A stretch of 64,000 bases of DNA from Amoebidium appalachense (lineage: Eukaryota; Protista; Ichthyosporea). The notes beneath the pieces were generated by a model that saw only the letters and a program-made list of their open reading frames with translations, did no database searches and was not told the DNA's origin. Both the position numbers and the translations under genes were made by a program. The DNA lies in NCBI GenBank assembly GCA_963693365.1, contig CAVNZM010000011.1:1906989-1970988 (forward strand). The letters run 5' to 3'. Below are positions 42,920-64,000 of this stretch, one piece after another (position 1 is the stretch's first letter; every line of letters starts with the position of its first letter).

Positions 42920-44318
42920 TACACACACACGTGAATCGAATTGGGCAGGCAGGGGCTGGCTGTGTGAAAAGTGTGCCAGGGAATGCAGTGATGGGGAGGT
43001 CTAATTAGGAAATGGAGTGTGTGTGTGTCATCGCTATGCACATGTGTATGAGTGGTGGTTCACGCAGTAGAGAGGAACTTCAAGGGATGGAGGAGGAGAA
43101 GGGGGGGGGGAGGGAGGGGGGCAAGAACAAACAAAAATACAGATGGCATGTATGTAGTATGAAGCACAATGTCATCTGGTGTACATGTGTGCACGAGAGG
43201 ACAGAGTGTGTCGTATACCTATCCTGTAATTGCTTGACGACATAGCACTGGCTGCTGTTAATTGTTTCGACTCTTCTGTTTGCAAAATTGCAATGGATCA
43301 AAATACATCGCATGCAGCCCGGTGCTGCATGATGATTGGACATCAGTTTCCTGGACTGTCGAGCCTCAAAAGATATCCCCCCCACCCCCGCCAACCCACC
43401 CACCCACCCACCTACCCCCAGCACACATGCATACTCACAAATGGCACACAAGTGCGACATCCAGCCACAACCACCCACCCCGCGCCTGCCATAGGAACTT
43501 TGGATCTTGTAGCCAGGCGGTGGCAGACTCGTACTGTGACTAAGACTAACGTCATCATAATGAATAAGTTCTCAGTTCATGCATATGACGTCCCCTCCCC
43601 CTTATCCCCGTTCAACTAATTCGAATTCTGATTCATAGCTAATTATCCCACCCCACCACTGTAGCTCAATTTAAATATCCCCCCCCCCCCCCCCCCACCA
43701 CCACCACCACCACCACCACGTACCACCACGGCCAGTGGCCACCACCAATTTTGAAAAAATATATATATAAAAATTAAAAAGCCGCTTCAAAGACGCTTGA
43801 CTACCACCACCATCGACACCACCCTTGCGATCAATATCTTCGGAAGCTTATTAATATTTCAGACATATGATCATACACACGTGCACCGTACGCACAATGT
43901 CATATGCGGGTTTGTACGGTACATCCACGGGCCGGCCCCGCGTACACATACCCAGGCCACCAAGACGACTCAAAACGTTAGCGACAACACAAACAGTTGC
44001 ACATAATATTGCAACACCTAATAGTATCCATAGCGAGCTATAGTAAGGCGTAAGTACGGCACACACATTGCAGCTGCGGCCCCGTACGCGTCCTTCCCCC
44101 CCCCCCCCCCCCTTCCCCCCCCCCCCCACCGTGACACACACACACACACACACACCCAACCAACCAACCAAATAGTCTACCACCGGTCACTGACCATTAT
44201 CGTTCCCCTCACACCACCACCACATGCATGTGCACACACCCTGCACCACCACCACCACACACAAATTTCCACGACCGACACACACACCACCACACACAAA
44301 CACACACACACACACAAA

Positions 44319-44363
<45 letters not shown>

Positions 44364-44968
44364 GACTCACGTGCACACACACGCCGTCACAAGCACACAC
44401 ACACATACACCCGTACCCACCGCCACCCACCCACACATTTGTAATTGGCCAATCAATCATTGGCAAGTCACAGACACCAGGAGAAGTTCATGCGATCATA
44501 GTCAGTCCACATGTGTTCATTGGACACCGCCCAATCAGGCGGTGGTTTGAAATTTTATTGGCCAGAAGTAACATCGTACACATGCTGCCCGACACATACA
44601 CATAAATGGGATATTTCATGGTATGTAGGATGAAAGTCATACCAAAGATCTCATTCGTAAAAGTGGTTCATTCCCATAAAAAGCAATCCATAGCAGCGCA
44701 GTTATGTCTATGAAACCAACCTACTCGGAAGTATATACACCGATGCCGACCAGAGTAGCCCTACACGTCACTTGGCCAAATAAACTCTTCAGAACAAAAC
44801 ACATTGCAATATAACGTAATACCTGGTCCAGACACAAAACATCATTGGCAGGAAACCAAAACTCTTACAACAAATTTAGGTCTCTAGGTGTGGAGAAACG
44901 ATGTTTTTAGAAAGTGGAGGTGAGATTGGGCAGGTGGCCGCCGGTGGGAGGGGAGAGGTGGGAGAGGT

Positions 44969-45000
<32 letters not shown>

Positions 45001-45625
45001 GGGGGGGGAGGGAGAGGGGGAGGGGGGGCTGCAAAGAAGAGGGAGGAGGTGGGGAAGTGAACGATCAAACAAAGTCACCCAACAGCACAAAATATATTTT
45101 CCCCATGTGAAAGCAAAAATGCGAGAGTGTAATAGTCTCGGAGGGCTACCAGTGTACAATGACAACTGAGTATATGTATGTACAGCCATATAGTGGGTCT
45201 TTGGCATGTTGCCCAACATTAGACCCGATGGCACATAGATATGGGGTATATATTTCCCCTCCTGCACGTAGCATGTTGTCTAAAATAGTCTGGCACATAC
45301 ACCCCTACCTGTTACAAAACTTTTTCAACGTTGTTTCTGCATTTACGTTTCAGCCCCTACAAGAGAGATGCACACCCCAACCAATCTATGTTTGCGTCTG
45401 TAATGATAAAAGGGCCAGGGATTTCTGCCCGTGCGGTTCAGAAGGAATGCACACATGAATAAAAGCTTGTGTATGTGCGGTGTAACATGCACTGCACAAT
45501 TTTTGCAAGATGCGGAGAAGGGCTTCCAAAGGGGGGGAGGGGGGGGGGGGGGGGAGCGGGCGCGGGGAGGGGGGGGGGGGGGTTCAGTAGTGCGGCGATT
45601 CATTATTTGAAAACTATGGAGGACA

Positions 45626-55139
<9,514 letters not shown>

Positions 55140-55816
55140 GTTGCCTTCTCCCCTTTGACTTTCGAGAATTTGATAATGAACGCTGTAGTTTTCGCCAAGC
55201 AAACTCTGTTTTGAAAAAGTCACGTAGCAAGTACCTCTAAGCTAAAAACCACAAACTCCGAGCGCAGTAATCTTGTCGTCTGAGAAGGTGGTGTGTTCTG
55301 TTGGTCTCCGAGGATTCTCCCTTTTGGAAGTTGTGCAGACTTTCTGGCCCAAAATCATGCGCACCCTACCACTGGACTTGGTCGCTATGATTTCTGCTTC
55401 AGGGTAATCCTCGGCTACTGCTTCTTCATGTATTATGTAGAACCTGCACCACACAGACCATGTCACCGTATACACTGCAAGCCTGTGCAGCACAGAATTT
55501 CCGAAGTGGTAACCAGGTGGTCAAGTGTCAACTGTCAAGTGGCCAACTTGATTACGTATTGAGTGTGCTTTTGCACCCCTCTGCCCACTTTCCAAAGCAG
55601 CCAATGATAATATAGCTTGGGGGTTTACGCTGTTTACTCGAGGCAAAGAGAACCAGTCTCAGGTATGGGGGGGGGGGGGGTTTGCTCGGAATATCCCCTC
55701 AGCGGTATATCATGATCACGTACATAGATGTCGGGTGGTGACTATATATCAGGGTTTACTTTCTCTACGAGACACCATAAAGACTACAAGGAGAAATCAA
55801 TTAGTTGGGGTTCCCC

Positions 55817-55817
<1 letters not shown>

Positions 55818-55856
<39 letters not shown>

Positions 55857-55888
55857 GGGCTCCCCTCGGGACACTCGGTATCAGCTGG

Positions 55889-55945
<57 letters not shown>

Positions 55946-58110
55946 TGTGTGTGTGTGCGCGTGCGCTATAATTTTGTAGTGATGTGTTTCTCAAGCCAAT
56001 CAATACATCTAATAAACAGGTCGTAGTTACGCGTGTTTAGTATAAAATCAAGGATGTTGTAATTTACAGGTAGGCTATCTTTCTGGGTGTCTGTTGTGAA
56101 TGTGACGTGTGTGTGTTGCGGTATTATGTGGTCTATCAAACTACATTTGGCGATACATGACCGGTTAAACTGGTGTGTGTGTGTGTTGTTTGGGCATGCA
56201 AATGATGCCACCTTATACTTATTAGATCTCCACTGTATAGCACGTGTACAGTAAAAGCGTGGTAATTGATCAATAATACCATCAGCTAGAGAAAGACCAG
56301 TTCTACAGGAAGGTAATATGTATTTAGGTGTTATACACTTGCGAGTGCCATATTTGGCAATATGGTTGAGGCGGTCAGTATATATAAAACGAGACATAAG
56401 GCTTAGTTTTTCAAGGTGTATGCTTTCATCGGGTCTAGTGTCGTGTGGTATCTTTTTCCATTTGTTATATTGCGTGATTATCTTGTGATTGTGTACATGT
56501 TTAATAAGTAAGTGGCAGTCCAAAGTCACACACACACTATTGCGGGGTTTATTTGTATTTGTGCCCAGGGGAGAAGGGGAGAGAGAGGGGAGGAAAGAGG
56601 GGAGAGGTGAGGAGGGGACAGGTCGGATAGAGAAGAGAGGGTGGGAGGGCAAATACTTCTTTAAGCGGCTTATGTGCTTATTGAATTTCAGCGCGAGATA
56701 GGATACTCTAGCAGCTATTGGGACCAGACCATATATCGAGAGCGTTACAGGCCCAGGTTTACAACAGTTGTTAGATAGAAAGGAGGCAACTTCTGCTTCA
56801 AGGAAATTTGCCAAGGGTTTAAGCGCTCTAGTTCTCTCTTTCTTGATCCAAGCGGCGAGAAGGGGTAAACCATATTCACATGCCGGGAAGACAAAAGTGC
56901 GAATAAATGTAAGTCTAATAGAAGGATGGAGGGGTGTGTCTTTAAAAATATTAGCCGAGAAGAAAGCTAACCGCTTACGAGCCAACTCTACCCTCTTTTC
57001 GACCATATGGGGAAACATAACACCAACAGAATCAACCGGAACACCAAGATATTTGTATTCTGGAACTATAGGTACAGGTTTAGATGATAATGTAAATGTG
57101 TGTAAATTGTTAGCTATATCAGGTACAAGAACACCACATTTGTCTATGTTAAGGATCATAAGGTTTGCCTTGCACCACTCTGACACTACATCGAACAATC
57201 TTTGCAGGCGTCTAGGGGTACGGGCAAGGAGGGACAGATCATCAGCATAGAGAAGTGCAGGCGGAAAGTTATTAATAGGGTCATCGTTTTCGGCGTAAAT
57301 CTTGACAGCCAAATCATCTATAAATAGGTTAAACAAAAAGGGGCTAAGCAATGAACCCTGCAAGAGACCTCTAGTACGAGCAAAACCATATGAAAGATGC
57401 CCATTAACCACAGCTCTACCATAGGTTTGAGACAAGAGTGCTTCTAACAGAACACCAATGCAGTGTGGTACACCCCGTGCAGCAAGCTTTTCCCATAGGA
57501 GACCAGGGGAGACAGAATCGTAAGCAGTTTTCCAATCAATAAAGCCAACATATTGTGCACCAACTTGCATAGAATCGTGCAGTGCCATTATTTGAACATA
57601 ACATGAATTGTTTTTACGAAAAGCGGATTGGCATGGGTGTATGTGAAGAATAGATTGAAACCTAGGGTGATGTGCAAATAACCTAAGTAAGCAAGCTTCA
57701 AAGAATCTACGAACAACCTGGGTTAGTGTAATGGGGCGAAAGGATGATATGGGGCCCTCAGAGTCCTTCTTAACTATGGGGATCACTAAGGTATCTAACC
57801 AAGATGACGGGACATGTCCACATTTAACACACCAAGAAAAGAGAGAGCTTAACATGATAGTAAGATCAGGTTTAATAGCACGATCACTTTCCTTTTGTGG
57901 GTAGGAGGGAACAAGGATTTTAAGAAACCCAGCAGGGAGTCCATCAGGTCCACAAGACTTACTAGAGCTATAACTAGATATCACAGACCATATGGCATCG
58001 GGACTGAAAAAGGGGAGGATCGATTCTATGGGGATAGATGGGTCTACAGGCCACACAATAGGTTTCTGAGCGGGGGTCCTATCTTTAAACGTGACTTTTA
58101 GATAAGCCAA
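55818..58110 (-). mobile_element. 5'-truncated non-LTR retrotransposon (LINE-like)
   Basis: RT ORF followed on the minus strand by (CA)n, a ~35-nt GC-rich segment and a ~35-nt poly-A (T-run 55818-55852). The 5' boundary and TSD are not clearly resolved. Confidence 0.8.
55966..58110 (-). CDS. Non-LTR reverse transcriptase with C-terminal Cys-containing region; no endonuclease seen
   Basis: 714-codon open frame with KSCGPDG, IPIVKK...FRPITL, QSAFR, FIDWKTAYDSV, GLLQGSLLSPFLFNLFIDDL, YADD and YKYLGV. It starts at TTG directly after a TGA, so it is probably truncated. Confidence 0.93.
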   Translation of the reverse strand: MAYLKVTFKDRTPAQKPIVWPVDPSIPIESILPFFSPDAIWSVISSYSSSKSCGPDGLPAGFLKILVPSYPQKESDRAIKPDLTIMLSSLFSWCVKCGHVPSSWLDTLVIPIVKKDSEGPISSFRPITLTQVVRRFFEACLLRLFAHHPRFQSILHIHPCQSAFRKNNSCYVQIMALHDSMQVGAQYVGFIDWKTAYDSVSPGLLWEKLAARGVPHCIGVLLEALLSQTYGRAVVNGHLSYGFARTRGLLQGSLLSPFLFNLFIDDLAVKIYAENDDPINNFPPALLYADDLSLLARTPRRLQRLFDVVSEWCKANLMILNIDKCGVLVPDIANNLHTFTLSSKPVPIVPEYKYLGVPVDSVGVMFPHMVEKRVELARKRLAFFSANIFKDTPLHPSIRLTFIRTFVFPACEYGLPLLAAWIKKERTRALKPLANFLEAEVASFLSNNCCKPGPVTLSIYGLVPIAARVSYLALKFNKHISRLKKYLPSHPLFSIRPVPSSPLPSFLPSLSPSPLGTNTNKPRNSVCVTLDCHLLIKHVHNHKIITQYNKWKKIPHDTRPDESIHLEKLSLMSRFIYTDRLNHIAKYGTRKCITPKYILPSCRTGLSLADGIIDQLPRFYCTRAIQWRSNKYKVASFACPNNTHTHQFNRSCIAKCSLIDHIIPQHTHVTFTTDTQKDSLPVNYNILDFILNTRNYDLFIRCIDWLEKHITTKL

Positions 58111-59341
58111 TCATAGCTCGGGACCCCTCAGCCTGGTGAGTGGTGACCGTGCCGTGGTGGCCTGGTCGCTTTGTCAAGCTTTGTCCGACGTCAACGTTTT
58201 TGTTTCGCTTTCCGAAAAGCAACTCGAGAGGCTCTCCAGATAAACGGGCATCATGTAAGTGGCAAGTACTAACGGTTCAAACTCGTCATTTTGGAATCGA
58301 TTCGTTTTCCTATAATAGTGGAGCCATAGCCATGAGTATTCCAAGCATGCACATGCTACGACGCATTCATGCATGCGCGCTGGCCGCCTGAGGCCAGCTG
58401 TGGCCACACGCCGCTAACTGAATGATAGACCTTCCTGCAAAAAAAAGCAACTTGTTGGGCAGTATTTGAATATTTAAGCGATTATTGCTTCAACAACATA
58501 CTAAAGTTACACTCACACACGTGTACATGTAGAAAGACCTTGACACATTGCACATGAACACATACACATGAACAGATGGACACAATGGGGGAAAATGCAC
58601 GCGTACAGGCACACAAACACAATTAAAGACACAAACTGCCTTTCTCCTTCACACACACGCACGCGCGCGCATACATGCATTTACACACACACACAGCCAT
58701 ACACACGTGCACGCACACACACACACACACGCACACACACATACACACGCGCGTCGTTCACCGTACATAAACATACACGCGTGCGCATGCACTATTAGCC
58801 CTCATGCACGCGCGCAGTGACAAACACACACACAAACACACAGAAGTACACCGTGGGACCGTTGATACACATACATCCCATGTGTACGTACACACGCCTA
58901 CTATGGCTAGAGGTCGACACACAAGCCGCACATTTATGTCATATAGATTCTCATTATAAGCGTACATAATCACAAAACCACACCCACAGCACCCACGCTG
59001 CCACATACACCAACACTGCCTCATCATAGGTGCACGTGCACAAGCAAGTGCCACTGCACGCGCGGCATGCACACATAAGCAATTGCATACATATTCCAAC
59101 TTTATTCAATGTTCTATAAACTTTGTGCACGCTGCGGCGGCACTTTCATACATTTCAATCACGAATGTACACCCATACACACTGAGACAGGCTGTTACAG
59201 CCCTAAACCTGGCACTTTGAGTCGACCATGTGAGCATCAATCTCTTCGGCGAATATTCAGCTGCAAGGTCTAGGCTCGTGTTATTTAAATAGGTAGAGGT
59301 ATATATATACACAAAGCACCCGTACGTACCTAGGTACAATA

Positions 59342-59391
<50 letters not shown>

Positions 59392-59431
59392 ATGAACCCG
59401 CCCTCTCCTCTCACTCCGTCCGCTTCCCCCC

Positions 59432-59479
<48 letters not shown>

Positions 59480-59815
59480 ATTCACACACACACACTTTCA
59501 CAGTGCACTACACGTGCAAAAATATGAACATGCACGCATGCCCACGCCTTCAATAATAACCCTCAGCTACGTCTTCTGAGGTAGCTCTTATTTTTCAAGG
59601 GGCCGTGGACGATCCGGTGAGCGGCTTATCTACTTTTGAAAATAGAGCTCAGCCAGCATCGATTTATTGTACATAGGCTAGAGGGCACAGTTAGGACGTG
59701 CCAGAATAACCCTCTAGCATGTGCAGGCCTGGTCACGATGATATGTAAACACCAGCTGCAAGCAATCACCGCCGGCTTCACTCCCTCCCCCCTCCCCCCC
59801 CCCCCCCCCCCCCCC

Positions 59816-59868
<53 letters not shown>

Positions 59869-60097
59869 AGTCAGCTCCCGAGTCACCCTAGAAAAAGGAA
59901 CCCTGCAAGCATGCATAGCGCTACTGTGACATAAACCTACAACGTGCATGTAGACGCTGTACCCCGACAACAGCACAACCCACTTTGAGCTCGAGAGTGA
60001 ACGCCCGGACAGCTCGCCCCGAGACGAAGTCACTCAGCCAAGCGCGAGCTGCCTGACTGCCGCTGGCTGGTTGCTGAAACTGGACGGTGACGGCCCA

Positions 60098-60158
60098 ACC
60101 AATCGGATCAAGGGGCGGGCAAGAACCTGCCTTATAAGGCAGGTGTTTACACCAATCG
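60098..60158 (+). promoter_or_regulatory. Candidate formin promoter: CCAAT box, GC box, TATA-like element, second CCAAT
   Basis: aaccaatc at about 60098, ggggcggg at about 60112, cttataag at about 60131 and accaatc at 60151. A strong donor aag|gtaagg at about 60354 suggests a 5' UTR exon. Confidence 0.45.
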
Positions 60159-61058
60159 AGCGAAGCAAACCTTTGGGCCTGGCCCGTTGTGGTTCAAAAT
60201 GCTGAAGTGCACACCCCTCGTCAACAGTGTTCCACTTCCCAAGTGAGATCTTCGGCTTCGTTCCAATGTTTTTCGCTTATTATAGTAGTTCAAAAGACGG
60301 ATTGGCGTAGTGAAGTGGAAGAGGAAAGAGGGGAAGGCACCCGTGAGGAATAAGGTAAGGCCGGCCGATAGTCTTGGAGCAAACTCTGCAATGGGAAAGG
60401 CCGCAGTTCACTGGATCTAGTTAGAGGGTAAGAGAGTAATTGTGGAGAGCGAAAGCAAGACCCCTCCTCTTTAGAGCCATTTTTGTGGCTGGAACTAGCG
60501 TGTATAAAGGACGAGTAGAGAGAATACGAAAGGGGACCAAGGCATGAGGGTGAGGACGGTTGGAGGGTGGCGGCTTTAGCACTATCCCACACTTCGAACA
60601 CTCAAACACTGCATTTACATCCCCCCCCCCCCCCCCCCCCCTCCCCCTCCCCCCCTCCCCTTTCCCCTCTCTTCCATCTCTTTTTCCAGCTTCCTATGTG
60701 GCAAAAGGATTCACGCCTAAGCAAAAGTACTTTAATGTGCATTGTTAACTCTTATGGTCATTAGCTTATTTCACACCTGTCGGCATTCAGTTGGCGCTTT
60801 CGGATATCAACCGATATAATAGCTGGTCGTGATACGTTGTAGATGTTTAGGATTCCCCCCCCCCCCCCCCCCCTCCCCCCCCCTCCCCCCTCCCCCTCCT
60901 CCTCCACCCCCCATCCGGGCCCCCAACTCTTCCCCTCCCCCTCCCCCCTCCAACTCCCATCCTCACATACACACACACGCACATACGCGGACACACACGT
61001 GCGCGCGCACACACACACACAAACACACACACATAATCACATGCACACGCACACACAT

Positions 61059-61148
<90 letters not shown>

Positions 61149-61264
61149 CTTCTATCTTGCCCGAAGAGTGCTTGTTTTCCCTTTTACAGCTCACACTCCT
61201 GTGTTTACCTTCAGGGTTTTTCTTTTGGGCACGGGCCTGCGCCGTGCTCTGGTGGACTTCGAAA

Positions 61265-63553
<2,289 letters not shown>

Positions 63554-63581
63554 GTCCTCCCCCCTCCCCCCCCCTCCCTCC

Positions 63582-63621
<40 letters not shown>

Positions 63622-64000
63622 CTCCTTCCTTCCTTTGCCTTCTCTCTCTCTCTCACTCACACTCCCCCACCCTCCCCCCACCCCCCTCCCCTCCCTCCCA
63701 TCTGTCTTTCCACATGCTTTCCCTTGTGACTTTGGATGAATGACTTTTGATGAATGGCCTTTGATGCTCATAACATGAACACAATTCTACTCTCCACCAA
63801 TGGCCTGCCGTTCCTTGTTCAAGACCCCCCCCCCCCCCCCTCCCCCCCCCCCCCCCCCCCCAATGTTCTGGTACTATTCCGATCTCTCTACGTTGATAGT
63901 CTGGGTAAGCATATTGCTGCTCTATATCTTTTTTCCTCAAGGAACTTGAACATACGTTATATCAGTTCATGTAATGTTATACTTTCCCATATATCCCCTT

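Overview
Eukaryotic nuclear DNA, probably from a unicellular opisthokont (inference from gene content). GT-AG introns are long and packed with (CA)n/(GT)n, (GA)n and poly-C/poly-G tracts, so almost all ORFs in the supplied track are low-complexity artefacts. Splicing by hand gives, in order: the 3' part of ClpX (+), a tentative SGNH/GDSL-like hydrolase (-), an intronless YrhK-like membrane protein (+), a 53-aa STMP1-like microprotein (-), a RimI-like GNAT acetyltransferase (-), an intronless orphan coiled-coil ORF (+), SAP30 (-), a yeast-Mtd1-type methylene-THF dehydrogenase (+), WIPI3/WDR45B (-), a 5'-truncated non-LTR retrotransposon RT (-) and the start of a formin (+). Three inverted-repeat non-autonomous DNA elements sit in introns, one with TTAA target duplications typical of Kolobok. 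Best candidates for something undescribed: (1) an intron-confined repeat family of about 14 copies in three genes, always sense to its host, with a fixed 3' end abutting poly-C, variable 5' ends and stems with compensatory changes; (2) a ~345-nt intergenic structured RNA candidate at 30.8-31.15 kb that I cannot assign to a known class; (3) acceptor sites where (CA)n replaces the polypyrimidine tract. All assignments come from reading motifs by eye; no searches or folding programs were run.
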